Made by a program: the position numbers and the translations under genes. A stretch of DNA of 64,000 nt. Origin: an uncultured delta proteobacterium. Its GTDB lineage: Bacteria; Desulfobacterota; Desulfobacteria; Desulfobacterales; Desulfosalsimonadaceae. The notes under the pieces were generated by a model. It searched no databases. It was given only the letters and a program-made list of their open reading frames with translations, and was not told where the DNA came from. The DNA is taken from the NCBI GenBank assembly GCA_963826785.1, contig CAWGYD010000010.1, forward strand, positions 246,434 through 310,433. Direction: 5' to 3'. This document shows, in pieces, positions 44,571-55,120 of this stretch. Every line of letters begins with the position of its first letter. The first letter of the stretch is position 1.

Positions 44571-47108
44571 TTAGGCCCGTCCGCAGCATTTCTTGTATTT
44601 TTTGCCGCTTCCGCAGGGACAGGGATCATTTCTGCCGACCTTGTCCGCGGCCCGTTTGACGGGCTTTTTCTTGACGCTTTCACCGCCATGGGAAAAAACC
44701 ATGGGTCGATCCTGCGGGCGCGCGATATCGTTTACGGCTTCCGGTTCGGCGATCTGGATGCGCAGCAGAATCTTGACGGTTTCCTCCCGGATCCGCATGA
44801 TCATCTCCTGGAACATCTCGAACGCTTCCTTCTTGTAGATGATCTTGGGATCCTGCTGGGCATATCCGCGCAGTCCGATCCCTTCCTTCAGGTGGTCCAT
44901 GGACAAAAGATGATCCTTCCACAGGTTATCCACGGTCTGAAGCATGATATAGCGTTCGATCTGGCGAAAATCAGTCGCGCCGATGCGGGCTTCCTTGCCG
45001 TTGTACATGGACTGTGCGGAATCCTGAATCATCTGGGAGAGCTTTTCGATGTCCGCCTCCCCCAGTGCGTCCGGATCCACATTCAGCTTGAAATTAAACT
45101 GTGTGTACACCGCATCCGAAAGCCCCTTGAGATTCCATTCTTCCGGCGGCAGTTTTTCGTCCGCATGGGTCCAGGCGATATTGTCGGACAGTTCACTGAT
45201 CCAGCTCTCGATCACCGGCTTCAAGCTTTCATCGCTCAATGCCTGGGTCCGCTGGCGGTAGATGATTTCCCGCTGCTGATTCATGACATCGTCAAAGTCC
45301 AGGAGCTGTTTTCGAATTTCGAAGTTATGGCCTTCCACCTTGCTCTGGGCGTTTTCGATGGCTTTTGAGATCATGCGGTGTTCGATGGGTTCCCCCTCCT
45401 GCATGCCCAGGCGGCTCATGATGTTTGAAATCCGCTCCCCGCCGAAAATCCGCAGAAGATCGTCTTCCAGGGAAAGATAAAAGCGCGACGATCCCGGATC
45501 GCCCTGCCGGCCGGAACGGCCCCGAAGCTGGTTGTCGATCCGGCGGCTCTCGTGCCGCTCGGTCCCCAGCACATGCAGTCCGCCGAGTTCCGTGACCCCT
45601 TCTCCCAGCACGATATCGGTCCCGCGGCCGGCCATGTTGGTGGATATGGTCACCGCCGCTTTCTGCCCGGCATTGGAGATCACTTCCGCTTCCGCCTCAT
45701 GATTCTTGGCATTCAACACATTGTGTTTCACGCCGCGCTTCTTGAGTTTCTGGCTCAATTCCTCGGACACGTCGATGGAAACCGTGCCCACCAGGACCGG
45801 CTGCCCGGTGCGATTCAGTTCGACGATCTCATCGAGTACGGCTTCGAATTTCTCCCGGCGGGTCCGGTAAATCATATCCGGATGATCCACCCGGATCATG
45901 GGCTCGTTGGTGGGCACCACCACCACGTCCAGATCATAGATTTTTTTGAATTCCGCCGCCTCGGTTTCCGCCGTTCCGGTCATGCCGGCAAGCTTTTCGT
46001 ACATGCGGAAATAATTCTGAAAGGTAATGGTGGCCAGCGTCTGGTTCTCGTTTTCGATCTTGACCTTTTCCTTGGCTTCCAGTGCCTGGTGAAGGCCTTC
46101 GCTGTATCGGCGCCCCGGCATGAGCCGGCCGGTGAATTCATCCACGATGATGACTTCGCCGTCTTTTACGATATAATCCACATCGCGCTTGAACAGGGTA
46201 TGGGCCTTCAAGGCCTGGTTGACATGATGGAGCAGGTCGATATGACGTGAATCATACAGATTCTCCACGTTGAGCAGCTGTTCGGCTTTGGCCACGCCCT
46301 CATCCGTCAGGGCGGCGCTTCGGGCCTTCTCATCGATGGTGTAGTGCTCCTCGGGCCTGAGCGACGGGATGATATTATTCACGTCGTAATACAGGTGTGT
46401 CGATTTTTCCGCCGGACCGGAAATGATCAGCGGTGTGCGCGCCTCATCGACAAGGATGCTGTCCACTTCATCCACGATGGCAAAATTGAGTTCCCGCTGG
46501 ACCAGCAGTTCCTTGGCAAATTTCATGTTGTCCCGCAGGTAATCAAACCCGAATTCATTGTTGGTGCCGTACGTGATATCGGCATTGTATGCGGCCTTGC
46601 GTTCCTTTTCATCGAGCCCGTGCACAATGGCGTCGACGGTCATCCCCAAAAATGAAAACACCTTGCCCATCCATTCGGAATCCCGCCGGGCCAGGTAGTC
46701 GTTGACGGTCACGATGTGAACGCCTTTTCCGGTCAGGGAATTGAGATAGGCCGCCAGGGGGGCCACCAGGGTTTTTCCTTCACCGGTTTTCATTTCCGCG
46801 ATATTGCCATGATGCAGGACCATGCCGCCCATGAGCTGCACGTCAAAATGGCGCATGTTCAGCGTTCTGCGGGATGCCTCCCGCACGACGGCGAAGGCTT
46901 CCGGGAGCAGGTCGTCCAGTGTTTCGCCGTCCCGGCAGCGTTTTTTCAACTGATCGGTGAGGCCGGACAGTTCGCCATCGCTCATGGCGCGCATCTTCGG
47001 CTCGATCTGGTTAATCAGGTCAACAACCGGAGTATATTGTTTGAGCATCCGCTCGTTCTTGCTGCCGAAAACTTTCAGCAGCAGTTTATTTACAGGCATT
47101 AAGCTCAT
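44571..47108 (-). CDS. secA: Preprotein translocase ATPase SecA
   Basis: [50 protein letters not shown]. Confidence 0.98.
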   Translation of the reverse strand: MSLMPVNKLLLKVFGSKNERMLKQYTPVVDLINQIEPKMRAMSDGELSGLTDQLKKRCRDGETLDDLLPEAFAVVREASRRTLNMRHFDVQLMGGMVLHHGNIAEMKTGEGKTLVAPLAAYLNSLTGKGVHIVTVNDYLARRDSEWMGKVFSFLGMTVDAIVHGLDEKERKAAYNADITYGTNNEFGFDYLRDNMKFAKELLVQRELNFAIVDEVDSILVDEARTPLIISGPAEKSTHLYYDVNNIIPSLRPEEHYTIDEKARSAALTDEGVAKAEQLLNVENLYDSRHIDLLHHVNQALKAHTLFKRDVDYIVKDGEVIIVDEFTGRLMPGRRYSEGLHQALEAKEKVKIENENQTLATITFQNYFRMYEKLAGMTGTAETEAAEFKKIYDLDVVVVPTNEPMIRVDHPDMIYRTRREKFEAVLDEIVELNRTGQPVLVGTVSIDVSEELSQKLKKRGVKHNVLNAKNHEAEAEVISNAGQKAAVTISTNMAGRGTDIVLGEGVTELGGLHVLGTERHESRRIDNQLRGRSGRQGDPGSSRFYLSLEDDLLRIFGGERISNIMSRLGMQEGEPIEHRMISKAIENAQSKVEGHNFEIRKQLLDFDDVMNQQREIIYRQRTQALSDESLKPVIESWISELSDNIAWTHADEKLPPEEWNLKGLSDAVYTQFNFKLNVDPDALGEADIEKLSQMIQDSAQSMYNGKEARIGATDFRQIERYIMLQTVDNLWKDHLLSMDHLKEGIGLRGYAQQDPKIIYKKEAFEMFQEMIMRIREETVKILLRIQIAEPEAVNDIARPQDRPMVFSHGGESVKKKPVKRAADKVGRNDPCPCGSGKKYKKCCGRA

Positions 47109-47203
47109 GAATGCGTATTCCTCCTGGAATTATAGATAAAACAAATATTATGTATAATTGATTCTTTATATAGTCGCTATCGTTTAGCCCCGATCGGCGG
47201 TCC

Positions 47204-47283
47204 GACACCCCCCTTCGTCCCCCCTCGAGGGGGGAATAAAAAAAAGAGTCCCCCCTTGAGGGGGGAATTAAAGGGGGGTGTGC
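47204..47283. repeat. C-run/G-run palindromic element
   Basis: Reverse-orientation relative of the 36034 and 38394 elements. Confidence 0.8.
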
Positions 47284-47523
47284 CGGCAGCCGCTGCTATG
47301 ACTCGAAAGTTCCTCACTGCAAAATACCGCCCGGCGGGCCGCAATAATTCAATCTTTACATTTAACGCAAGAATTCAAGCATTACCAGATATTTTCCTTT
47401 GGATCAACCGGGAGCAAGCGTACGGCGTGTCATTGATGACCGGTGCGCATCGGCGGGGAAACTTTTGCACAAATTCAGGAAGGGCTGAAATGGCAGGAGC
47501 TAAAATTATGCAGGCGGTGGTGA

Positions 47524-48480
47524 TTACGGTGAATCGCTGCTGGCGACATATTCATTGAGGTATTTCCGGGCATCCACCGGGATATCGTTTAACCGCACTT
47601 CATAATGAAGGTGCGGGCCGGTGCTGCGTCCGGTGCTGCCGACTTCGCCGATGACGTCGCCCCTCTTGACGGGCTGTCCGGTGGCCACGTAAATTCTACT
47701 CATGTGCCCATATCGGGTTTTGATACCGTAGCCATGATCGATGATCACGGCTTTTCCCAGGTAGCCCTTGCTGCCGGTGAAGGTAACGATGCCGCCGGCG
47801 GTGGCGGAAATCAGGGTCCCCTTCCGGGTCGCGATATCCAGCCCCGTATGGAACTCTTTTTTCCCGGTAAACGGCGATTTACGATACCCGAAGTTCGAAG
47901 ATATCCACCCCCCTTCAAACGGCCGGATCGACGGTGTGGCATCCTGAAGCTTTCGGATTTCGTTGAGAGAATCCCACAGGGCCTTGAAATCTTCCGATTT
48001 GCTGATGGCCGCCTGGTTCAGGTTGCGGACCTCCTCAACCATGTCCTGGATCATGTCATTCGATGATTTCGCCCCGTCAAACCGCTCATCGAGGTCATCC
48101 GGAGAGGTCCCGCCGACGCCCAGGCCACTGATCTCCAGATTTTCAGGGGATACCCCTTCGGCCATGTTCCGGATCTTCTGCTCCAGCTGATTGAGCTTGA
48201 TCATCTTTAACTGAAGCGAATCGATCTTGGCGTGGAAGATTTCGATCTGGCGGTCCCGGTCATCGAGTTCGGACCGGAGATGGGTGACTTCTCTTTCGAT
48301 CAGCAAGGAATCCAGGCGGCTGTTTTTAACACTGATGTAATCATAGAGCAGGTAAGTGAACAACATTGCCAAAACCATGGCCCCACCGGCGAGCATCTTG
48401 AGCGTGCGGGCTGAAAAAATTCTGATCCTGGCAAACTTCCCGGTATCTGAATAGATAAATAGGGTCAGTCTGTTTTTCAT
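47524..48480 (-). CDS. M23 family peptidase with TM and coiled coil
   Basis: FHTGLDI, YGHM, GSTGRSTGPHLHYEV. Confidence 0.93.
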   Translation of the reverse strand: MKNRLTLFIYSDTGKFARIRIFSARTLKMLAGGAMVLAMLFTYLLYDYISVKNSRLDSLLIEREVTHLRSELDDRDRQIEIFHAKIDSLQLKMIKLNQLEQKIRNMAEGVSPENLEISGLGVGGTSPDDLDERFDGAKSSNDMIQDMVEEVRNLNQAAISKSEDFKALWDSLNEIRKLQDATPSIRPFEGGWISSNFGYRKSPFTGKKEFHTGLDIATRKGTLISATAGGIVTFTGSKGYLGKAVIIDHGYGIKTRYGHMSRIYVATGQPVKRGDVIGEVGSTGRSTGPHLHYEVRLNDIPVDARKYLNEYVASSDSP

Positions 48481-48907
48481 GAGATCACGAATATCTTTGG
48501 CAGCGGTTTGCGTTTACAGAGCCGTTGTCAGGCGCATCCAGAAAAATCGAGGAGTCGCCAAGAGGCCGGTCATGCATCAACTAACAAATGATCATAGTTG
48601 AACCCGAGCCGATCCTCCGATTCTGATCTTTTGTCTATATCACCTCTGATTTCAAATGATTTGAGTGTTTAATATCATTGGCAGGTCGTGCTGTCAATAT
48701 TGCAGTCATACATTTACGATCAAGATGAACTACATTTTTTTCACATAGAATGTTTATACCATAATTCCATATACTTATATATCAATAAAAAATTGACCCA
48801 ATATCATGCGTTGTCTTGTGGGCACTCGAATTTCATAATCCCTTGATCAGCACATCCTTCAATGATTAAATGTTTCTTTCTCCATCATTTCTATGAAATA
48901 TAATGCG

Positions 48908-48942
48908 AAAAGGCGCCGTGTCCAGAAGGACACGGCGCCTTT
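48908..48942 (-). terminator. Rho-independent terminator after folD
   Basis: AAGGCGCCGTGTCC-AGAA-GGACACGGCGCCTT perfect stem with short T tracts. Confidence 0.75.
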
Positions 48943-48999
48943 GTTCCATAATGATATCGATCAGGCCGTAAAACAGCCTTTCGGCAAAAATTTTTAAGC

Positions 49000-49908
49000 T
49001 TACATCAGGCCGAGTTTGAACTTCAGGGATTTGAGGGTATTTTTCATCAGCATGGTAATGGTCATGGGGCCGACGCCGCCCGGTACCGGGGTAATGTATC
49101 CGGCGATTTCCCTGGCCGCTTCGAAATCCACATCCCCCTTCAGGATGGCCACCGGCTTGCCCGTTTTCTCACTGATCTTTTCCCCTACCCGGTTCACGCC
49201 GACATCGATGACGCAGGCACCCGGTTTGATCCATTCCGGCTTGACCAGATCGGGAACGCCGGCCGCCACGATCAGGATATCCGCCCGCTTGCAGTGAGCG
49301 GCCATGTCCTTGGTCCGGGTGTGGACCACGGTTACGGTTGAATTGGCCCCGGGTCCCTTCTGGAGCATCATGTTGGCAATCGGCTTGCCCACGATATTGG
49401 ACCGTCCGACCACCACCACTTCCGCACCGCTGGTTTCCACGCCGGCACGGACGATCATCTCCTGGATGCCGGCCGGGGTGCAGGGGGGAAACTTGACTTC
49501 GGAACCGCCGATCATCAGACGGCCCACGTTGACCGGATGAAATCCGTCCACGTCCTTGTCCGGATCGATGGCATTGAGCACTTTCTTTTCGTCGATGTGC
49601 TTGGGGAGGGGCAGCTGGACCAGAATGCCGTGAATGGAATCATCCTTGTTGTATTTATCGATCAGGGCCAGCAGGTCGGCTTCGGGAATATCCACCGACT
49701 GGCTGTCCTGGATTTCATGGAATCCCACCCGGTGAGCGGTTTTGATTTTTAAGGTTACATACGATATGGACGCGGGGCTCTCGCCCACCAGGATGGTGAC
49801 CAGGCCCGGCACCTGTCCGTGTTTTGCCTTGATTTCCTTTACTTCCTGAGTGATTTCCTCAAGAATTTCCTCCCGGATTTCTGTTCCCTTGATCAGTTTT
49901 GCAGTCAT
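49000..49908 (-). CDS. folD: Methylenetetrahydrofolate dehydrogenase/cyclohydrolase
   Basis: GILVQLPLP, KDVDGFHP, PCTP, GRSNIVGKP, TPVPGGVGPMT. Confidence 0.97.
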   Translation of the reverse strand: MTAKLIKGTEIREEILEEITQEVKEIKAKHGQVPGLVTILVGESPASISYVTLKIKTAHRVGFHEIQDSQSVDIPEADLLALIDKYNKDDSIHGILVQLPLPKHIDEKKVLNAIDPDKDVDGFHPVNVGRLMIGGSEVKFPPCTPAGIQEMIVRAGVETSGAEVVVVGRSNIVGKPIANMMLQKGPGANSTVTVVHTRTKDMAAHCKRADILIVAAGVPDLVKPEWIKPGACVIDVGVNRVGEKISEKTGKPVAILKGDVDFEAAREIAGYITPVPGGVGPMTITMLMKNTLKSLKFKLGLM

Positions 49909-50104
49909 TGCCTTCTCCTTTTTTGACGGTTAATCAGTTTTTCGCGGTAGGTTTCGCGCATTCGAGCCAGATTTCAATAAACTCAAAAATTTAAAATCAT
50001 TTTGCAAAGGCGCCAAAAGATCCCCCGACAAGTTTTTCCGGCGCTATCTGCAAAAAAAGATCGATATTCATTCCGCTCAGCGGCATGACATGCCGGCAGT
50101 TAAT

Positions 50105-51403
50105 CTATTCAAATTTTCGTTTGTCTACAACTTTTTTTTCCACATCGAAGGTGCCCGGCTCCACCAGACGGACCTGGACCTCCCAGCCCAGAAATTCAGA
50201 GAGTTCACGATGCAGTTGTTCCACAAACCGGCGCTGTTTTTTCATTTCGTCAAAAAAATTCACATCGGAAATTTCGAGCAGGATCGTCAGCTGATCCTGG
50301 CCGTCCTTGCGCTCGACCACCGCCTGGAACCGGCAGTCCCCCCCGCTGACTTTAGACAGCAACCGGCCAATCTGCTCCGGCGTGATGCTGATGCCCCGGA
50401 TCACGATGAAGTCATCGCAGCGTTTAAAGATCCTGGAAATACGGCCATGAGTGCGGCCGCACGCGCAGGGTTCTAAATGGATTCGCGTCAAATCCCCGGT
50501 GCGAAACCGGATCAGGGGGAAGGCTTCCTTGGAAATGGAGGTGAGCACCAGTTCGCCCAGCGCCCCTGGCGGCAATGGCGCAAGGGTCTCCGGATCGATG
50601 ATTTCGGCGATGAAATGGTCTTCGGCGATATGCAGACCGTCTTTTGCCGGACATTCCCAGGCCACCCCCGGACCGAACAGTTCGGTCAACCCATAGGTAT
50701 CGGTGGCGGTGATCTGCAGGCGGGTTTCGATCTCATCCCGGGTTTGTTCAGACCAGGGCTCCGCACCGAAGATGCCCTGCTTCAATGTCAGGCCGTGGGG
50801 ATCGACATCCATTTGCTCCATTTTCCGGATCAATTGGAGGGCGACCGTGGGGGTGGAGACCAGCACGGTGGTTTTGAAATCCCGCATGATCTTGACCTGC
50901 TCGGCCAGCTTTCCGGCAGACATGGGAATCACCGACGCCCCTATGCGCTCGGCCCCCACCTGGACGCCGAAAGGTCCGGTTGCAATGCCGAAAGTGAGGG
51001 CAATCTGCACCACATCATCCCGGTTGACCCCCACCGCGGTCAGGTTGCGGGCCATCAGCTCCGCCCAGTGGTTGATGTCATTTCGGGTAAATCCGATGAC
51101 AATGGGCTCGGTGAAATTGATGGATGCCGTGTGCAGCCGGACCACTTCCCGCAGCGGAACCGCAAACATGTCATAGGGATAGTTTTCACTCAGATCCCGC
51201 CGGTTGATGAAGGGAAGCCTGGCGATGTCCGACAGGGAGGTCAGGTCCTCGGGTGCGAAATCGACCTCCCGGAAGATCTTCCGATAATGCCGCACGTTCT
51301 TGTAAACCCGGTGGAGTGTGGCCTGCAGATTCTCCAGCTGGACCTGCTCGATCTGGTCCCGCTGCATGCACTCGACGTTTCTATCCCAGAATTCCATGCG
51401 CAT
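50105..51403 (-). CDS. Phenylacetate-CoA ligase (PaaK)-like protein with degenerate P-loop
   Basis: YPY.MFAVP..EVVRLH, GAEPWSE, YGLTE..GPGV, EDHF, RFRTGD; SSGTTG replaced by ASINFT. Confidence 0.85.
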   Translation of the reverse strand: MRMEFWDRNVECMQRDQIEQVQLENLQATLHRVYKNVRHYRKIFREVDFAPEDLTSLSDIARLPFINRRDLSENYPYDMFAVPLREVVRLHTASINFTEPIVIGFTRNDINHWAELMARNLTAVGVNRDDVVQIALTFGIATGPFGVQVGAERIGASVIPMSAGKLAEQVKIMRDFKTTVLVSTPTVALQLIRKMEQMDVDPHGLTLKQGIFGAEPWSEQTRDEIETRLQITATDTYGLTELFGPGVAWECPAKDGLHIAEDHFIAEIIDPETLAPLPPGALGELVLTSISKEAFPLIRFRTGDLTRIHLEPCACGRTHGRISRIFKRCDDFIVIRGISITPEQIGRLLSKVSGGDCRFQAVVERKDGQDQLTILLEISDVNFFDEMKKQRRFVEQLHRELSEFLGWEVQVRLVEPGTFDVEKKVVDKRKFE

Positions 51404-51412
51404 ATTCTCCGT

Positions 51413-52150
51413 TTATTCCCAGATTTCCTTCTGGTCCCTGCCCAGATATGCCCGTTTGATTTCCTGGTTGGCTTTAAGCTCTGAAGCGCCGGCTTCGAGG
51501 ACCATCCTTCCGGTTTCCATGACATACCCCCGGCTGGCGATCTTCAATGCCGCATTTGCATTCTGTTCGATGAGCAGGACCGTCAATCGCCTGGCGGACT
51601 GCAGATCGGCAATGATCCGGAAGATGTCCTTGATGATCAGCGGGGCCAGCCCCATGGAGGGTTCGTCCAGAAGCAGCAGTTTCGGGCGCGACATCAGGGC
51701 CATGGCGATGGCCAGCATCTGTTGTTCACCGCCGCTCAAGGTCCCGGCGTACTGATTTTTTCGCTCCTTTAAAATCGGAAACAGAGGAAACATCCCTTCG
51801 ATGTCCGAACGCAGCTGCTTTTTCCCGTAAAGCTTGAATATCAGGTGTCCGCCCAGTTCCAGGTTTTCATACACCGTCATGGGCCGAAATATCTGGCGGC
51901 CTTCCGGCACGTGTGCAATGCCCCGCTCCACCAGCTTCACCGGGCTTTCACCGGTAATGGCTGCATCCTGATAGAAAATGGCGCCTTCCCGCACCGGTTG
52001 CAAACCGCTGATGGCCCTCAAAAGGGTGGATTTCCCGGCGCCGTTTGCACCCAGAATGGCAACGATTTCCCCCTCATCCACATGCATGGACACATTTTTC
52101 AGCACATGGATCAGTCCATAATAACTGTTGACATTCTTCAGACGCAGCAT
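51413..52150 (-). CDS. livF: HAAT ABC transporter ATP-binding protein
   Basis: GANGAGKS, VPEGRQIF, LSGGEQQMLA, DEPSMGLAP. Confidence 0.92.
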   Translation of the reverse strand: MLRLKNVNSYYGLIHVLKNVSMHVDEGEIVAILGANGAGKSTLLRAISGLQPVREGAIFYQDAAITGESPVKLVERGIAHVPEGRQIFRPMTVYENLELGGHLIFKLYGKKQLRSDIEGMFPLFPILKERKNQYAGTLSGGEQQMLAIAMALMSRPKLLLLDEPSMGLAPLIIKDIFRIIADLQSARRLTVLLIEQNANAALKIASRGYVMETGRMVLEAGASELKANQEIKRAYLGRDQKEIWE

Positions 52151-52159
52151 GTTAAATCG

Positions 52160-52921
52160 TCACTCCCCCAGATACGCGGTGATCACTTCCGGGTTTTCCT
52201 GTATTTCCGACGGGGTGCCCTCGGCAATCAGCCTTCCGAAATTCACCACGGCCACCCGGTCGGATATATCCATTACCAGTTCCATGTCATGCTCCACCAG
52301 AACCACGGAAATATGGTTGGCGATGATCTTGCCCACCAGGTCCCCCATGGTGATGGTTTCCCGGGTATTGAGCCCCGAGGCCGGTTCGTCCAGCAGGAGC
52401 AGTTCGGGTTCGATGGCTAAAGAGCGGGCGATCTCCAGCATCCGCTGACTTCCCAGCGGCAGGCTGCCCGCGACCTTTTCCGCCAGCGGCTTCATGCCCA
52501 CGAAATCGAGCCATTTTTCGGCTTTTTCCCGAATGCGCTTTTCATCCTTCCGAAACACCGAAGGGATCAGAGACGACATGCACATGCCGGTACGGGAGCG
52601 AAGATGGCGGCCGACCATCACATTCTCCAGAACGGTCATGCTGGGAAATATCTGGACATTCTGAAAGGTCCGGCCAATCCCCATGCGAGCGATCATGTGG
52701 GGCTTCATTTTGTTGAGCACCCGCCCGGCGTACGAAATGCGTCCGGAAGACGGGGTCAGGAAACCGGTGATCAGGTTGAAAATGGTCGTTTTTCCGGCGC
52801 CATTGGGGCCGATCAGGGAGGTGACCGCACCCTTCTCGATGGAAAGGCTCAGCCGGTCCACCGCCGCCACACCGCCAAAGTTCTTCCGAAGGTTGTCGAT
52901 CTCAAGGATTTTAGTTGGCAC
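52160..52921 (-). CDS. livG: HAAT ABC transporter ATP-binding protein
   Basis: GPNGAGKTT, RTFQN, LLDEPASGL, VEHDM, AYLG. Confidence 0.92.
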   Translation of the reverse strand: MPTKILEIDNLRKNFGGVAAVDRLSLSIEKGAVTSLIGPNGAGKTTIFNLITGFLTPSSGRISYAGRVLNKMKPHMIARMGIGRTFQNVQIFPSMTVLENVMVGRHLRSRTGMCMSSLIPSVFRKDEKRIREKAEKWLDFVGMKPLAEKVAGSLPLGSQRMLEIARSLAIEPELLLLDEPASGLNTRETITMGDLVGKIIANHISVVLVEHDMELVMDISDRVAVVNFGRLIAEGTPSEIQENPEVITAYLGE

Positions 52922-53927
52922 GGCGGTTTACGCTCCCCAGAATTTTTCCGCCGAGGCCTGCCAGGCGCCGCGTGGCATCCCGGATACCCGCAAAAAGACC
53001 TTCCGGCAGAAACAGCATGATCAGCAGCAGAATGGCCCCATAGATCAGGGTATCATAATCCGGCTTGTATTCGATGCCGTAAACCGCCAGATAATCCGAA
53101 GTTAAGGATAAAAATTCCGGCAGAAGCGACAGCAGCACGGCGCCGAATACCGCGCCCCAGATCTGATGGATGCCGCCTACGGCCACCATGGTGACCAGCA
53201 GGACACTGTGCATGATGGCGAACGGCCCGGGGTCGATGTAGTTCACATAATAGGCGTACAGGCTGCCGCTCACCGAGGCGTAAACCGCGCTCAGGACAAA
53301 GACCTGGACCTTGTAGACCGTGATGTTCACACCCAGGGAAGCGGCTGCATCCTCGCTGCCGTGGATGGCCCGAAGCCCCCGGCCCACCCGGGAATCGATC
53401 AGGTTGAACGCAAGATAGAGCCCCAGCATGACCATTGACCAGGAAAAATAAAAAAACCGGGTTTCGGAATCCAGAATATAGCCGAATACGCTCAGGCGGG
53501 GGATATTGACGATGCCCGACGGGCCGCCGGTAATGTCCACCGCGGCCACGGTGACGATATGAATGATGGAAGCAAACCCCAGGGTGGCCATGGCCAGGTA
53601 GTGGCCTTTCAGCCTCAGGCTCGGCATCCCCACCAGAAAGGCGATAATGCTGACGATGAAGATCCCGGCCATCATGGCACTCCATGGAGACCATCCGTAC
53701 CGGGCCGTTAAAATAGCGGAGGTGTATGCGCCGATGGCCACGAAGGCGCCATGTCCGATGGATATCTGGCCGGCATACCCCATCAACAGGGATAGGCCGA
53801 TGCAGGCCAGGCAATTGAAGGCCGTAAAAATCAGTGTCCCCAGATAGTAATCGTTGCCGATCAGGTGCGGCACGGCCAGTATGATCAAGCCCAGGGCGGC
53901 AAATCCAACATAATTCTTTCCACTCAT
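52911..53927 (-). CDS. livM: HAAT ABC transporter permease
   Basis: GQISIGHGAF..IGAY, LRLKGHYLAMATL, TGG..G. Confidence 0.9.
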   Translation of the reverse strand: MSGKNYVGFAALGLIILAVPHLIGNDYYLGTLIFTAFNCLACIGLSLLMGYAGQISIGHGAFVAIGAYTSAILTARYGWSPWSAMMAGIFIVSIIAFLVGMPSLRLKGHYLAMATLGFASIIHIVTVAAVDITGGPSGIVNIPRLSVFGYILDSETRFFYFSWSMVMLGLYLAFNLIDSRVGRGLRAIHGSEDAAASLGVNITVYKVQVFVLSAVYASVSGSLYAYYVNYIDPGPFAIMHSVLLVTMVAVGGIHQIWGAVFGAVLLSLLPEFLSLTSDYLAVYGIEYKPDYDTLIYGAILLLIMLFLPEGLFAGIRDATRRLAGLGGKILGSVNRRAN

Positions 53928-53928
53928 G

Positions 53929-54834
53929 TCAGAACTCTTTCAGCCGCATGGCCTCTGAACTGCCGAAAATGCCGCTGGGGCGCACAAACAGGACCAGCAG
54001 CAGGATAATCAGGGCAATGGCATCCATGTAATGCGAGGAAATGTATCCGGCGCCGAAGGCTTCCATGACGCCGAGGAGCACACCGGCCACCACCGCGCCC
54101 ATGCTGTTTCCCAGCCCTCCCAGAACCGCGGCCCCGAAACCCTTGAGCCCCAGCAGTGCGCCGCGGGTATAATCCATCTGAATGACCGGGGTGACAATGA
54201 TGCCGGCAATGGCGCCGATCCCGGCGGACAGGGCAAAGGAGAGCATCACCATCTTCCGGTCGTTGATCCCGGCAAGGCGCGCCGCATCCCGGTTGATGGC
54301 GCAGGCCCGCATGCATTTGCCCGTCATGGTGTAATTGAAGAAATAAATGTAGCCGGCGACCACCAGCAGCAGGATGCCGATGATCCAGAGGGTCTGGGGC
54401 AGGATGGTGGCGCCGAAGAAAACCAGGGGTTCGGCCGATGAAAAATGCCGCATGAAATGCGATCCCTTGCCCCAGATGATCATGGCCGCGCCCCGGATGA
54501 GGATGGAGACCGCGATGGTGATGATGATCAGGCGCAGTACGGTGGGATGCTTCACCGGGTTGATGGTGAACCGTTCCATGAGAATTCCGACGGCAGTGAC
54601 AAAGGCGACGGTGAGCGCAAAAGCGAATATAATGGAAAGATGTAAATGCATGGTCAGGGTGACCATCATCAAACCGCCCAGAACCACGAATTCCCCCTGG
54701 GCGAAGTTGATGATCCCGGTGGAATTATAGATCATGTTGAACCCGATGGCCACCAGGGCGTAGATGCTGCCCCGCTGAACACCCATGACCAGGTACTGCA
54801 GCACATCACTGAAACCGGTTGCCGATACGTCCAT
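53929..54834 (-). CDS. livH: HAAT ABC transporter permease
   Basis: GSIYALVAIG, INFAQGE, GKCMRA, AAVLGGLG, RPSGIFG. Confidence 0.9.
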   Translation of the reverse strand: MDVSATGFSDVLQYLVMGVQRGSIYALVAIGFNMIYNSTGIINFAQGEFVVLGGLMMVTLTMHLHLSIIFAFALTVAFVTAVGILMERFTINPVKHPTVLRLIIITIAVSILIRGAAMIIWGKGSHFMRHFSSAEPLVFFGATILPQTLWIIGILLLVVAGYIYFFNYTMTGKCMRACAINRDAARLAGINDRKMVMLSFALSAGIGAIAGIIVTPVIQMDYTRGALLGLKGFGAAVLGGLGNSMGAVVAGVLLGVMEAFGAGYISSHYMDAIALIILLLVLFVRPSGIFGSSEAMRLKEF

Positions 54835-54946
54835 TTAACCGCCTGTGTTAAAAAAATCTGTTTTATGCATATAAAACCGGTCCGCTGTCAATGATTTATC
54901 GCCATCGGCAGCGGACCGGCTTTCCGCCTGGAAAAATCGGATCCTA

Positions 54947-54988
54947 TTATTTATTCGACACCACGAATTTGCCGTACTGAACCGTGAG
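54947..54988 (-). pseudogene. 3' remnant of a second binding-protein gene
   Basis: Reads LTVQYGKFVVSNK-stop, versus MTVKDGKFVAL near the end of the adjacent binding protein. Confidence 0.5.
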
Positions 54989-55048
54989 GCGGATGTGAAA
55001 CACGGCTTTTAGAAAAACCGGATGAATGTGGAAGCGTTGCAAAAAATC

Positions 55049-55092
55049 CGATTCCCCCTTCTTCGCAAAACATAACGGAAAAGGGGGATCGG
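55049..55092 (-). terminator. Stem-loop after the binding-protein gene (terminator or mRNA-stabilising)
   Basis: CCGATTCCCCCTT pairs with AAGGGGGATCGG; T run follows on the minus strand. Confidence 0.55.
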
Positions 55093-55120
55093 ATGCTGAT
55101 CGAGGTGATTTTTCAGTACC

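Noticed and set aside
49909..50104. THF or ZTP riboswitch upstream of folD
   Set aside because: No conserved aptamer motifs recognised on the minus strand
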